This document shows positions 26,154 through 36,954 of a stretch of DNA of 57,637 bases, one piece after another. The stretch lies in IMG/VR virus record IMGVR_UViG_3300030110_000139, positions 1-57,637 of that record. One strand, written 5' to 3'. The DNA is from a virus. Taxonomy: Duplodnaviria; Caudoviricetes. The translations under genes and the position numbers were made by a program. The notes under the pieces are model-generated. The model did no database searches and was not told the DNA's origin. It was given only the letters and a program-made list of their open reading frames with translations. Each line of letters begins with the position of its first letter. Position 1 is the first letter of the stretch.

Positions 26154-26351
26154 ATGACAGACATTTCAAAATTCAAGTCGGTTGCTGTAGATATCGATAC
26201 TTACAATAAATTAGAGTTAATTTGTAAAGAAGAGCGAAGAAATAAACGTCAACAACTAGGCTTAATGGTTGACAAAGAGTGTGAAAAATTAAATCTGAAT
26301 ACTGAAAGTAAAGTGCTTGGTCTAGGTGGACTCAACCGCCCTCATCCTTGA
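26154..26351 (+). CDS. Small ribbon-helix-helix-like regulator; only credible plus-strand gene
   Basis: GGAGG RBS; KFKSVAV strand followed by two helices. Confidence 0.65.
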   Translation: MTDISKFKSVAVDIDTYNKLELICKEERRNKRQQLGLMVDKECEKLNLNTESKVLGLGGLNRPHP

Positions 26352-26771
26352 AATTAGGCGATTCGCTCTTTTTGTTACCTGTTTGTGCCAACGGCTGTCT
26401 TCCATCTGAACTGCACATTCTTGCCAATCCTTATTTAGTAAAGCTGTATGAAATTTCTTAAATTTGGAAAATCTTGGACGGCCTAGATTAAACATCATGT
26501 TTGCACATATTTTTTGTACTTCATCTGGTAAATCATTAAAGTTAAAAAATAGTTTTTCACATTCGCTTATTGTTACTTGTATGTCTTGCTCAAATAGTTC
26601 ATTAACTCTTTCATCATCAACACGAGTTCCAACTTCCAATCCATACTCTGGGTCTGATTCTATTACCAAGTGGCCTATCCCAATCGTGGGCAGCGATAAA
26701 TGATCTAAATACACAGCATTGACACGACCTTCGTCCGTCTCAATTTCTTGGCGTAGCTCATCTATGTTCAT
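26322..26771 (-). CDS. GH24 / T4-type lysozyme (endolysin)
   Basis: DEG....Y.D....PTIGIGHL catalytic motif, NMMFNLG, SRW.KQV..RA.RL. Confidence 0.9.
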   Translation of the reverse strand: MNIDELRQEIETDEGRVNAVYLDHLSLPTIGIGHLVIESDPEYGLEVGTRVDDERVNELFEQDIQVTISECEKLFFNFNDLPDEVQKICANMMFNLGRPRFSKFKKFHTALLNKDWQECAVQMEDSRWHKQVTKRANRLISRMRAVEST

Positions 26772-29700
26772 CTAAATAACTCTCCATATTGTTCTTTGGG
26801 TACAGTTAGTGGTGATCCTCTTCTAGCTGCTATAGCTTGGTCTGTTGGTGACAAACCTAATGCAGCACCAGTTCCAGGTTGTGTAATATCTATTTTACCA
26901 ACATTTGTATTAGGATTTACTGCTTGAATACCTTGTAGTTGATTAGTGGTATTTGCTCCAACATTTCTTACTGCTTGATTGATACCAGTGTTTTCTGCAA
27001 CGGCTCTTACTTGATTTGATGTATCGTTTACGCTTTCTTCAACAGATTGTGTGATGGCTTGGCCTGGTCGGAAAGCATTAGACACAGCAGTTAAGAATAC
27101 TCTTTGTTGTTCGGCAGTTGGATTTGCAGTACCCTCTAATTTTTTAGAAGCTTCAACAATCTCTTTCATAGCTTTTTTACCAGTAAATAACTGGCCAAGA
27201 ACGAACATTTTAGCAATTCTACCAACATTATTGAATACATTAGCTAATATACCTGCAGCAACAAGGTCGCCTTTTGGTATATTATTTGATATTCTAGTAA
27301 GTATTTTACCAAAATCTCTAATGTTCGTAGCAACACCAGCAGTATCACCAGTGTTTGGAAAAATTATATCAAGTTTATTACTTTTATCTGCTCTAGCAAT
27401 ATTCTTTGCTAATTGTTTCATGCCATCTGCGTTTGTTACAGCACCAACATTATCAAGCATATTCTCAACATAACTACCTCTGATAGTTTTAAGTTCTGCA
27501 GGTTTAGCTTTGTAAAAGTTCATAACGGCTTTTAGATCGCCACGAGTAGCACCTGGAGACATGACCAAATCCAAAGCCTCTTCTGGGTCTAAATTATTGT
27601 TTCTAATTTTTGCAAACACACTATTAGATCTTAGTCTTGATGTTTCTTGTAACGTATCTAAAGCACCACGCATGGCATTAGCTACACCTTGATCCAAGCC
27701 TTGTGCAACAGCATTTGTAATTACTTCTTCATCTAAATTAGTAAGTTTTAGATCTTCAAATCCTTTAGCAACTTGCTTAAGTTTATTGTATTCTGCTCTA
27801 CCATAAAGCTCTACACCAGTATCACCTAAATCATCTAATGATTTAATAAACTCATTTGGCTTAAAATTTGTTGGATTGATAGAATCAAAACCAGTTTTGT
27901 TTAAAGCACCTTGTAACCAATCTTTACCCATTTGAGTTTTAATTTGATTGTATTGTGTATCATCTAAAGCTTTTTTTAATCTGTTAAGACCAGTTGGTGT
28001 GCCACCATTACCAATTACTTTTTGAGTTAGTCCAGTTAAAGCTCCAGGCCTTGCAATGTTAAATGAACCACTACGCATTTGTTCAACAAGTTCTTTAGAC
28101 CCTAAAGTGCTTGATATATCATCATATAATTGAGTTCCCTCTCTAAATTGTTGTCTTGCTGTAGGCAATAATTTAGATGCAACTTGTATTTTACCAAATG
28201 CGTCTGAACCTAATTGTTCGGTAATGTCTTTAGTAAGTGAATCAATATTTGACCTTAAAAGAAGGTTGTCAACTTTGCGGATTGCGTCTTTCCAAACATC
28301 TGATAAATTTTTAGATCTATCAATTATACTTTTTTGTAAAACTTCAGCTTCTGTTTTTGGTGCGTTTCTAAGATCCCAAAGTTTTCTTCTTAATTGATAT
28401 GCGTCTGTAAATGATGCTTTGTCACCTAATGCTCTTAATTCTTCTACCAAAGATAAACCTACACGACCCTCTTCTGTAGCTAATCTACCAGTTCCAGCTT
28501 GTGCAAATTTCTTTTCTGCCACATCTGCAACTTCTTTAACTAAGGTAGTAGGTATAATTCTAGCATCACCAATAGATGTTTCAATGACCTCATTTATAGT
28601 AGCCCATTGTTGTGACATAGTGTCTTCAAAGTTCTTTGCAGATTGTTGTACAAAGTTAAAAACATTATCATCTATAAGTTGATTACGCTCTAATCCACCT
28701 GCTAAATTATCAGCAGACTGTTTAAGAGCACTCATAATTGAACCATAGGCTTGTGTTTGTTTCTGTGCTAATTCTTTACCAAACTTCTTCTCAAACTCAA
28801 TAAACAAATCACCTGCAGATTTTTGACTACCCTCTGTAGCGGCTTGACTAATAAATTGATTTAATTCACCAATTTTTTTGTCCATAGCTTCTGCTATTTT
28901 TTGAGTTCTTGGTGATCCACCTAACACGCTTTCTTGTAGTTGTTGAAACTTTGCAGCTATAGGTCTACCCTTTATCTGTGCTATTGTTGGTTCTAACCCT
29001 TCTTCAATTCCTTTAGCAGTAATTCTTAAGTCTTCTTTACTTGCTTCTTGTATAAATTTCTTACCAGATGGTGCTATTGCTCGGTAAGCTAATAAAGGTA
29101 TGCCGAACAACAGTTCACCCGCAGCAGCTATACCACCTTCGATTGCCGCATCTTGTGCAATGTCTCCAGCAGTTTGATCTGACACGCCTGCAATTCCCTC
29201 AATAGCCTCTTCTACAAGGGAACCACCGCCACCACCAACAAAGGCACCAACTGCACCACCAAGTAATGTTCCAAATCCTGGTGCAATACCAGTTCCTATG
29301 GTTGCACCTTTAATTGCACCTGCAACACCACCTCCTAGTTCTGGTAGTATACCAACTAAATCAGATAAATCGTTTCTACTAAAACCTTCTTCATCAATGA
29401 GGACATTTTTATCTGTTTGAACGCCAACTTTTTCAGCACCAGTGGGTGTTAAGGCAAGTCTACCTCTATTATCTCTTATATAATCTGACCTAGTAAACCC
29501 TTGTGCAGCCAATATCTTTTCTTGTTCTGCATCATTTTCTGCAACTGACAATGCAGACCTAAGACCAAAATCTTGAATACCAGATTCTGTATCAAAGTTA
29601 GATTGTGTTGGTTGATCTTTAGGTTGAGAAGTTGTTTTAGTTTCTGCAAGTAAATCATCAAAAGTAATATCTCGTCTTTGTTGTCCAAAAAATTGTGATC

Positions 29701-29791
29701 GTATAGCGTCTGATTCTTTTTGAGTTGGTGCATCACCAGCTATTTCAACCTTGACTATTCCTTGTGGGGTTTCAACATTAATTATAGCCAT
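26768..29791 (-). CDS. Large internal virion / DNA ejection protein
   Basis: 1007 aa, helical, Gly/Ala-rich hydrophobic segment; end of the structural operon. Confidence 0.65.
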   Translation of the reverse strand: MAIINVETPQGIVKVEIAGDAPTQKESDAIRSQFFGQQRRDITFDDLLAETKTTSQPKDQPTQSNFDTESGIQDFGLRSALSVAENDAEQEKILAAQGFTRSDYIRDNRGRLALTPTGAEKVGVQTDKNVLIDEEGFSRNDLSDLVGILPELGGGVAGAIKGATIGTGIAPGFGTLLGGAVGAFVGGGGGSLVEEAIEGIAGVSDQTAGDIAQDAAIEGGIAAAGELLFGIPLLAYRAIAPSGKKFIQEASKEDLRITAKGIEEGLEPTIAQIKGRPIAAKFQQLQESVLGGSPRTQKIAEAMDKKIGELNQFISQAATEGSQKSAGDLFIEFEKKFGKELAQKQTQAYGSIMSALKQSADNLAGGLERNQLIDDNVFNFVQQSAKNFEDTMSQQWATINEVIETSIGDARIIPTTLVKEVADVAEKKFAQAGTGRLATEEGRVGLSLVEELRALGDKASFTDAYQLRRKLWDLRNAPKTEAEVLQKSIIDRSKNLSDVWKDAIRKVDNLLLRSNIDSLTKDITEQLGSDAFGKIQVASKLLPTARQQFREGTQLYDDISSTLGSKELVEQMRSGSFNIARPGALTGLTQKVIGNGGTPTGLNRLKKALDDTQYNQIKTQMGKDWLQGALNKTGFDSINPTNFKPNEFIKSLDDLGDTGVELYGRAEYNKLKQVAKGFEDLKLTNLDEEVITNAVAQGLDQGVANAMRGALDTLQETSRLRSNSVFAKIRNNNLDPEEALDLVMSPGATRGDLKAVMNFYKAKPAELKTIRGSYVENMLDNVGAVTNADGMKQLAKNIARADKSNKLDIIFPNTGDTAGVATNIRDFGKILTRISNNIPKGDLVAAGILANVFNNVGRIAKMFVLGQLFTGKKAMKEIVEASKKLEGTANPTAEQQRVFLTAVSNAFRPGQAITQSVEESVNDTSNQVRAVAENTGINQAVRNVGANTTNQLQGIQAVNPNTNVGKIDITQPGTGAALGLSPTDQAIAARRGSPLTVPKEQYGELFR

Positions 29792-31752
29792 TATGTTGTC
29801 TCTTGTGGTCTAAATCTAAAAACATTATCTTCACCAAGAATCATCTTAGTTCCTAATGTTCCAGCACCTTTTCTATCTACTCTAATACCAAATTTTTCTA
29901 AATTGCTATAAGCCTCATCAATCTCATCTTTTTTACTTAAAGTTATTTGTTTAAAAAGTCTATTGAGTTTAGTTTTAAGTAAGCCAATATCAGCGTCTCC
30001 GCTAAATACATCTATAGCTCCAACAATATCATCAACCAACCTTCTATCATTATCAGAAATAGTTTTACCACTTTCTCCTAAAATAGCTGCTGCATTTCTA
30101 GCTTTAAGTTCTGTTAACAAAACATTTAATCGTTTGACTGGATCAGTTTCGCCTTTACCTATTGGTATTCCAAAAGATATGGCTAATTGATTACCAAATG
30201 ATCTTATTTGATCTCCAGCAGATACGCCTGTTTCATTAATTACTTTTGCAATATCTCTAAACTTATCAATACGCCTTGTTAAACCTTTTTCCATTGTTTC
30301 TATTGCGTTTACTGCTATATCAGGAGCAACAACTTTTGATTTTGCACCAGTTGGATTATTTGGATTTGCATAAAAAACATCAAAAGTTATCTTAGATCCA
30401 CCGAACAATGGAACTGATCTAGGCTTTTCTAAATAAGTTTTTTTCTTATCTTTTGTTGAAGCAGTTATAAGAGATTTTGTCATATCTGTATATGTGGCGG
30501 CATCTATAATCGCAAATCGTTTGTTGAACTCTGCATTATTGTCTAAATTGTTTAATTCATAACTGTTAAGTCTTGAAAATCTACCAGTGTTTTGCAATAC
30601 ACTGTTAGCTAAACCACCCTCTTTTGGTATAACAACGTAACCCTTTCTATTCATAGCTTTTTTCTTATCTTCTTCAGTTTTGCCTAATGCGTATGATCCT
30701 GCTTTAGCTCTTATTGCCTCTGCTTTGGCCACTGCTTTTCTAAAATCTGGCATTGCCGCTTCACCTGCTTCACCTACAGATGATAGGATTTTACTTACAT
30801 CAAAACCTTTACCAGCTCTGTTTTGCATGAGTGCTAACCCAAAAGACATTAAAGCTTGTTTAGTATCTGCTTCACCCGATATGTCTAAACCGGTGGCTTC
30901 TCCAAACTCGTTGATATATTGATCAAATGTTTTTGGCTTTTCTTTGCCAGTTTTAACTTCCGACAAAAATGAATCTAAAGCTTTAACAGTTGCTTTTTTA
31001 GCCGCAGTATCTGCACCCTCAACTTCTTCATCAAGAGTTGGAAAATCTGTGTCTGCATCAACACCACCAGTTCCCTCTTGTTCTTTTTGTTCTTCTTTTC
31101 TATCAACTTGTTCTTGTACTTTTTTTATTGTTTCTGTATCTGCAAAATCACCTGCACCAAATGCACTAGGATCTCCAACATTTTTACCTAAAGTTTCTTG
31201 TATTGCTTTAGCTGCCGATGCACTTAGTGCATCTTGACCAGCAGGTGTAAATACATCCATTCCTGGCACGTCTGCCATACTTTTAGCACCAACATTACCT
31301 TTTAAAGACGCTTCTTCAGCACCTTGTGGCAAAAATAATTCTTGACCAGTTGGGTCTTTAAATTTATCTCTTTCTTTTAACCTTTGTTTAAAACCTGCTT
31401 CTGATTCTTGATTAAGATAATCACCAATAATATTTCCTTGAATTGGATCTGTGAAAGCAGATATAATACCACCCGCACCTCTAATTTGATCTAAAGCACC
31501 TAGACCGACATTACCAATATTTCTAAATAAAGAACCTATTTTACTTTCGCCAGCAGATGGCTGAATTTGACCTAATGGTGGAATAAACTTGTCTTTTAAA
31601 GCACCTTTGCCTTGCAATCCTAAGTTATATTGTTGCATGATCTCAGAAAAAGTTCTTGGACGACCTAAAGCTTTTAATAAAGCATCTGTATCACCTATAT
31701 TCAGTCCTGAAATATTTTTAGGAGCCATATTATTTTCCTGTAGGACCGCCAC
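29791..31752 (-). CDS. Internal virion / ejection protein
   Basis: 653 aa; position; ALMSFGLALM segment. Confidence 0.6.
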   Translation of the reverse strand: MAVLQENNMAPKNISGLNIGDTDALLKALGRPRTFSEIMQQYNLGLQGKGALKDKFIPPLGQIQPSAGESKIGSLFRNIGNVGLGALDQIRGAGGIISAFTDPIQGNIIGDYLNQESEAGFKQRLKERDKFKDPTGQELFLPQGAEEASLKGNVGAKSMADVPGMDVFTPAGQDALSASAAKAIQETLGKNVGDPSAFGAGDFADTETIKKVQEQVDRKEEQKEQEGTGGVDADTDFPTLDEEVEGADTAAKKATVKALDSFLSEVKTGKEKPKTFDQYINEFGEATGLDISGEADTKQALMSFGLALMQNRAGKGFDVSKILSSVGEAGEAAMPDFRKAVAKAEAIRAKAGSYALGKTEEDKKKAMNRKGYVVIPKEGGLANSVLQNTGRFSRLNSYELNNLDNNAEFNKRFAIIDAATYTDMTKSLITASTKDKKKTYLEKPRSVPLFGGSKITFDVFYANPNNPTGAKSKVVAPDIAVNAIETMEKGLTRRIDKFRDIAKVINETGVSAGDQIRSFGNQLAISFGIPIGKGETDPVKRLNVLLTELKARNAAAILGESGKTISDNDRRLVDDIVGAIDVFSGDADIGLLKTKLNRLFKQITLSKKDEIDEAYSNLEKFGIRVDRKGAGTLGTKMILGEDNVFRFRPQETT

Positions 31753-32656
31753 TAAAAGGTGCTATTTGTGATAGTGTTGTATATGCACCTATCCCTTGCA
31801 AAAATGGATTTGCAGCTGGTTGTGTGGCTTGTGTAAATGTTGATGGAATACTTGAACTAGGCATACCTTGTAGTAAGTTTTGACCTAATTGTAATCTTGT
31901 AAAAGGTTCTTGTGCTTGCTGTAACATATTTGCTCTTTGTGCATCTAATTGTGCTTGTTGTTGTCTTTGTCTTAATGCACCTAATTGTGATAGTTGAGAT
32001 ATGTCTGCTTGACCTAAAGCTTGTTGTAAACGCCCAATATCGCTTGTTGTACCAGCTAAAGTGCCAAACGCTTGTCCAAGACCACCAGATAGTCTTCCAG
32101 CCTCTTGTGAGGCTTTTAAAGCTTGTCCAAACCCTTGTGATAAAAGTTTTGATAGAGTATCGCCCTTAACATCTTGTAACCCTCTTTCCGTTTCTGCTCT
32201 TTGCACACCCTCTCTTGATCCACCAAAAGCACCAGACCTAATGGCTTGTTGGGCCGCTCCAGCTCTACGCATATCAGCTTGTCTATTAAGTTGACGCATT
32301 GCAACATCAATAACTTGCTCTTGAAATGGGTCTTGAAATTTTTTTATTGATTCGGGTTGTAAAAAGCCTAATCCACTTGTTAAGGCTTGTTGTGCTGCAA
32401 GTGATTGATTGGCTGCACCTTGTAAAAATGGTTGATATTGACCAACCATTTGCTCGCCTAATTCTGCTGCTCTAGCTGTGAGTGGATCCATACCAGCAAT
32501 TTGTATTCCTGGCAGACCAAGAGGACTATCTAATAATCCAGCGGTAGTCTGTTCTTCACCATCAAAAGTACCAAATGCTGATTGTAGTAATCTTTTTTGA
32601 AGACCTTCTAAAAATGGTGGTAATCTTTGTATATTTTCATAAGTTTGTGTTGCCAT
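31730..32656 (-). CDS. Gln/Ala/Gly-rich DNA pilot/ejection protein
   Basis: DPFQEQVID...GAFGGSR motif and composition. Confidence 0.65.
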   Translation of the reverse strand: MATQTYENIQRLPPFLEGLQKRLLQSAFGTFDGEEQTTAGLLDSPLGLPGIQIAGMDPLTARAAELGEQMVGQYQPFLQGAANQSLAAQQALTSGLGFLQPESIKKFQDPFQEQVIDVAMRQLNRQADMRRAGAAQQAIRSGAFGGSREGVQRAETERGLQDVKGDTLSKLLSQGFGQALKASQEAGRLSGGLGQAFGTLAGTTSDIGRLQQALGQADISQLSQLGALRQRQQQAQLDAQRANMLQQAQEPFTRLQLGQNLLQGMPSSSIPSTFTQATQPAANPFLQGIGAYTTLSQIAPFSGGPTGK

Positions 32657-33453
32657 TACGCCCTCGACTCTAAATTATCCATCATGTTATAGGCTCTTTG
32701 TATGCCTTTTCTTTGATTTCCACCACCAAGACCTTTGACAGCATCTTTAGTCAAAACAAACTCTCCAGCCATTAACATAGCTGGAACATCATCTTTTGTG
32801 CCAGAACCCTCAGATGGGTCAATTCCACCTGTTCTTCTTGGAAAACTCATAGGACCACCATCTGCAGCATATGTTATGCCACCTAATTGCCCTCCAGGAC
32901 CACCAAACCCAAATGGCCTTTGTTGAAACTCTCTTTGTTCTTCTTCATCGTCATCGCCAGCAAGCAACTGTGCAATTAATCCAGCTGTAAGACCCTCGCC
33001 AAGTCTTGTATTTAACAATCTTGCTAATAAATTATCATCTGCAATGCCCGCAGATTTTAATAACTCTCCACTAAATGTTCTAGGAGTTCCAGCAATTTTT
33101 TCTCGTGCAACTTCAACTGGTGGCTTTGTACCTGTAGATGTTGCTGTCCCTACAGTTTGATCGCTTCTTGTCATTGCAAAAGGTAGTTTCTCACCAGTTG
33201 GCGTAGAGCGAACATTAGTTCCCTCAACAGGTGCCTGTTGACCAGAAAAATTGTCAAATGCCATACCACCTATACCAGAAAGTAAAGCATTTCGCACAGC
33301 GTCTTTGTTTTTGCCACCCATTAGCTTTGATGTTATTGCTCCTGTGGCTAATCTACTAACAAATGGACTAACTGAAGTACCAGCTATGCCCGGTCCTAAA
33401 GCACTACCAACAACAACAGGTAAAATATCTTTTAGTAGATCTCCTAAACTCAT
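32656..33453 (-). CDS. Virion protein with AADGG motif and a tape-measure-C-terminus-like segment
   Basis: GSGTKDDVPAMLMAGEFVLTKDAV. Confidence 0.65.
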   Translation of the reverse strand: MSLGDLLKDILPVVVGSALGPGIAGTSVSPFVSRLATGAITSKLMGGKNKDAVRNALLSGIGGMAFDNFSGQQAPVEGTNVRSTPTGEKLPFAMTRSDQTVGTATSTGTKPPVEVAREKIAGTPRTFSGELLKSAGIADDNLLARLLNTRLGEGLTAGLIAQLLAGDDDEEEQREFQQRPFGFGGPGGQLGGITYAADGGPMSFPRRTGGIDPSEGSGTKDDVPAMLMAGEFVLTKDAVKGLGGGNQRKGIQRAYNMMDNLESRA

Positions 33454-33485
33454 GTCTTTATATTACCTTACTTTTCATTATTCGT

Positions 33486-33713
33486 CTATGTCTTTACCTT
33501 AATTGTGCCGTTATCATTGAACAAAGCACCTACTTCTAAATCTGTATCACTTGTTGGCAAGTCCGTCAAAGTAATCTTAGTGCCTCGAAGTTCACCAGGA
33601 TTTTGCAATTGTGTTACTAATTGACTTAAACTTCTTACCATTTCATTAAAATACTGAACATCATATTCGCCAGGTGGCAATGAAAAGGTTGGTGGTACAA
33701 GTTGTCTACTCAT
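33486..33713 (-). CDS. Small tail-associated protein
   Basis: ATGA coupling; LPTS....GALFND fibre-like motif. Confidence 0.65.
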   Translation of the reverse strand: MSRQLVPPTFSLPPGEYDVQYFNEMVRSLSQLVTQLQNPGELRGTKITLTDLPTSDTDLEVGALFNDNGTIKVKT

Positions 33714-35761
33714 CTATCTCCATCCGCTCTTAAATCTACTCTTGGTGTTCCAAGTCTCCAATTAACTTTTTGTGATGTGCTTTCTACTCTAAGACCAAAT
33801 GATCTCCCACGCAACCTTAAATGATTAAGCTCCGTGGTTGGTGTAACAGTATTCGTTGATGTCTTAATAAAACCACCGCCTGGACTTCTTTGAGCTTTAA
33901 GTGAGAATATTGCCTGCTTGTCACTTGTGCTTATGTCAGAATCACTATTGTCAAAACTTACATCAGGTAACATTCGTCTTAAAAATACAAATTGATCTCC
34001 ATCTTGAATGTCTATAGGACTCGATTCTATAAATGATGTAAACGCAGTGCCATCATTGTCATTACCTTTTTCATGGTTGTAGACAAGATTAGAGTCTGTT
34101 GCCATTGGGTATTGATATACACCTCTGTCTATCCAAGAACTCCGTGCAAGACTACCGACATACCAAATTTTTTGGTCGTAATTATAAACCACATATTTGT
34201 CATTTTCGCCAGTGCCATTATTTGATAGAGAATTTGTTTGTGATGGGTAAAACCAAAACACTTCTCCAAAAGCTGAGTTTACACCTGCATATATTTTATC
34301 AGTTTGTGTTTCATTAAAATCTTGAAAAACATGATCTCTAACAGAACAAGGGATAACTTGAACACGACCATCATAAATATAAAAACGATCATATCCCATC
34401 CAAAAAACAGCGTCACCTACGGCAACAGCACTATTAAACCCACGAACAGTAATGTTACTAGCAAGTTGATTAATACCAAAAGTAAAAGGTGGACCGATAA
34501 ATTGCATTGAAAACACAGAAGTGTCAGTCAATACAATCATTTCTCGTCTTGTTTTAACTGCCGTAATAATTTCAGAACCAGAACCTACTCTTAAGTCACC
34601 AGCAGTATTGGTTGCAGTAGGAGTCCAGAGAAATGGGTTTTCTTGCGAACTAAATCTAATTAACAATCTGTCTTGTGCAGTTTGACCTATTGGATTTGCA
34701 CCAAAACAAATAACATGACGATCTCTTTCAGACACTATAACTTTTCTTGATTTTGTTGGTGCTTGATCAGACAGTTCTATTAAATTTTGTGCTCTTGAAG
34801 TAAGTCCCAATGTTTTGTCCCAATAAAAAACAGCACCATCTCGTTCATTAAAGATTAAATCTTCACCAAAATTATCTTGTGACCATAAACGTAAAGTGCC
34901 ACCCGTGCCTGCTGTTTCAGTTGCCTCTATACCAATTCCACCACTAGCCTCAAAGACCGCAACATTATCAGCATGAGTTGTAGCTGTTGTGCCTGCACTA
35001 CCTCTAATTAAACCAGTAAAAGTTGTGCTTGTTTTACCTGTATACTGTATTATTTCATCTTCTATTTTTAAAAAACCACTTGATTCAAATGATGCAGTTG
35101 AGTCTACAGTCACTGTAGTTGCCGAAGTGTCTGAAGTTAAATCACTACCATTAATCAAAGTAACATAATCATCACTTGCTGCGGCATTACCTAAAGCTAA
35201 ACGAACTGTGTTAGGAGTAATAGTTGCAGGAGTTCCAACACCTGCCTCGTCATTTACTTGAGTTGTGACTCCATGCCCTCTTGTAACAGTTAAGGTATTA
35301 GTGCTTACATTTGTAACAAGCATAAGCTCCCCTCTTACTTGAATGACATCAGTGCTTGCAATACCTGTAGCATCTGTAACATCTATTGCCGTTTCATCTT
35401 TCTCTAGTTCCTCTGCTAAAGTTGTAGATAAAGTCGTTGTGTTTAACTCACCATTCCAAGGTCCTGCACCCCAACCACTTCCTGGAACAACTGTATTTAT
35501 GCCTATGTTTAATTGATAATCTGCATTAACTGAGCCCGCACTAGACAGTGCAGCAGCAGCATTTGATGCTAAAGTTATTGTGTAAGTGTTTCTTGTAGGA
35601 ACACTTTGTATTTCATGTTCTATGTCCAGTTGTGCGTTTAAAGTTGAATTACCAGTGTTAGCATTTGCAAATGTAACAAAATCTCCCACCAACGCACCAT
35701 GAGACTCATCATTTACAGTTACAGTTGTGCTATCAGTTGCAGTTATAAAAGTAATTGCCAT
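33710..35761 (-). CDS. Tail nozzle / stabilisation protein, main (C-terminal) part
   Basis: Beta-rich repeats: LWSQDNFGEDL, IRFSSQE, FWMG, EVFWFYPS, YVVYNY. Confidence 0.7.
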   Translation of the reverse strand: MAITFITATDSTTVTVNDESHGALVGDFVTFANANTGNSTLNAQLDIEHEIQSVPTRNTYTITLASNAAAALSSAGSVNADYQLNIGINTVVPGSGWGAGPWNGELNTTTLSTTLAEELEKDETAIDVTDATGIASTDVIQVRGELMLVTNVSTNTLTVTRGHGVTTQVNDEAGVGTPATITPNTVRLALGNAAASDDYVTLINGSDLTSDTSATTVTVDSTASFESSGFLKIEDEIIQYTGKTSTTFTGLIRGSAGTTATTHADNVAVFEASGGIGIEATETAGTGGTLRLWSQDNFGEDLIFNERDGAVFYWDKTLGLTSRAQNLIELSDQAPTKSRKVIVSERDRHVICFGANPIGQTAQDRLLIRFSSQENPFLWTPTATNTAGDLRVGSGSEIITAVKTRREMIVLTDTSVFSMQFIGPPFTFGINQLASNITVRGFNSAVAVGDAVFWMGYDRFYIYDGRVQVIPCSVRDHVFQDFNETQTDKIYAGVNSAFGEVFWFYPSQTNSLSNNGTGENDKYVVYNYDQKIWYVGSLARSSWIDRGVYQYPMATDSNLVYNHEKGNDNDGTAFTSFIESSPIDIQDGDQFVFLRRMLPDVSFDNSDSDISTSDKQAIFSLKAQRSPGGGFIKTSTNTVTPTTELNHLRLRGRSFGLRVESTSQKVNWRLGTPRVDLRADGDR

Positions 35762-36327
35762 TAAGATTCATTCCTAAAATCGGTTACAGTTACGTCTCCA
35801 TTGGTCGTTTCAATAGTAACTTCACCCAACGCACTAGCCATTGCAGGATTTTCTAAGTTAAATGTAACAGTGCCAATTTCTCCAGTCGAACTCACACCAG
35901 TTGGTAAAGCTGGAGCTAATGTATCATTAGATTGTGCGTTTATCACTTCTTCTCCAAGACCCGTGGTTCCTGTTACGCCAGTCACGGCAAAGGCAATAGC
36001 ATTGCCATTTATATCAAACACGACCTCACCATTAAGCACTTTTCGTCTTAGTGGCGTGATATCATTGTAACTTTGTGACTCTTCAATATAAAATTTTATT
36101 TCTGTTCCAACACCTAAATACTCATTTCCTTGCAGATTTGCCCAAGCGTGTAAAGATCGAGAGACTCCAAGAAAAGTGTTTGGTGAATATTTTTCCCAAC
36201 CACCAAGTTTCTCTGGGTAACCAAAACGAAAACGAACTTTATCACAATCGTTCCACCCACCTTTGTTCGTATAAGACGTTGTTTCTTTGTTAATACCTGG
36301 TCTGAACTTTAAAGACGTTATTGGCAT
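35761..36327 (-). CDS. Tail nozzle N-terminal part fused to a fibre-like repeat segment
   Basis: FRPGINKE...GGWNDCDKVRFRFGYPEKLGGW, then VTGVTGTTGLG repeats. Confidence 0.65.
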   Translation of the reverse strand: MPITSLKFRPGINKETTSYTNKGGWNDCDKVRFRFGYPEKLGGWEKYSPNTFLGVSRSLHAWANLQGNEYLGVGTEIKFYIEESQSYNDITPLRRKVLNGEVVFDINGNAIAFAVTGVTGTTGLGEEVINAQSNDTLAPALPTGVSSTGEIGTVTFNLENPAMASALGEVTIETTNGDVTVTDFRNES

Positions 36328-36333
36328 AATTTA

Positions 36334-36591
36334 TTATTCCTCTGGTGCTACATAATCTGCAACAGTTCCATAATCCCCTGCTTTTGCTTTTTCATATATT
36401 TGTCTGCCATGCTCTTCAACATCATCGGGAGTTGCACCAAATTCGTAGTAACCATCATTATCCGTCAATCCCATATCAGCATAATGAGAAAATTTACATT
36501 CTAAAACAATGCAGGTCTTTTCCTCATCCATCCATTTTGGGTTTTTTGCATCAACTAAAGTTGCACCATTTATTTTTATTTTTATTGTCAT
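36334..36591 (-). CDS. Tail fibre assembly-like small protein
   Basis: F.ATPDD.E.HGR.IY....G.YG.V..Y pattern; position after fibre genes. Confidence 0.55.
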   Translation of the reverse strand: MTIKIKINGATLVDAKNPKWMDEEKTCIVLECKFSHYADMGLTDNDGYYEFGATPDDVEEHGRQIYEKAKAGDYGTVADYVAPEE

Positions 36592-36593
36592 TT

Positions 36594-36953
36594 TTAAGAT
36601 ATCCTATGCCAAAGTGTTGTATTGTTTGCATCATAATTATAACTATTTGTATATCCCATAGTTCTCCAAGTTCCACTGCTGGTAAAGTTTGCAGAGGAAC
36701 TAGAGCTATAAGCACCAGCTGCATTAGCTGCCCAAAATCGATATGTGGTATTAGCTGCTTGCGTTGTGTCTCCATTTTTCGGAAGAATCATTATTGCGAA
36801 AACATAAGAGCCTACGTTTTTCCAAGATGATGCGGTAGAACCAGGTACACTTGTTAAATTTGCAGCACTTATTGCTGGTAAATCACCAGTTAATTTTGTT
36901 GCGTCTAAAGTTTGTGTACCAGTTACTGTAGTGCCACCAACAATTAAAGCCAT
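36594..36953 (-). CDS. Short tail fibre / receptor-binding tip protein
   Basis: TKLTGDLPAIS repeat-like N-terminus, SGTWRTMG C-terminus. Confidence 0.6.
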   Translation of the reverse strand: MALIVGGTTVTGTQTLDATKLTGDLPAISAANLTSVPGSTASSWKNVGSYVFAIMILPKNGDTTQAANTTYRFWAANAAGAYSSSSSANFTSSGTWRTMGYTNSYNYDANNTTLWHRIS

Positions 36954-36954
36954 A

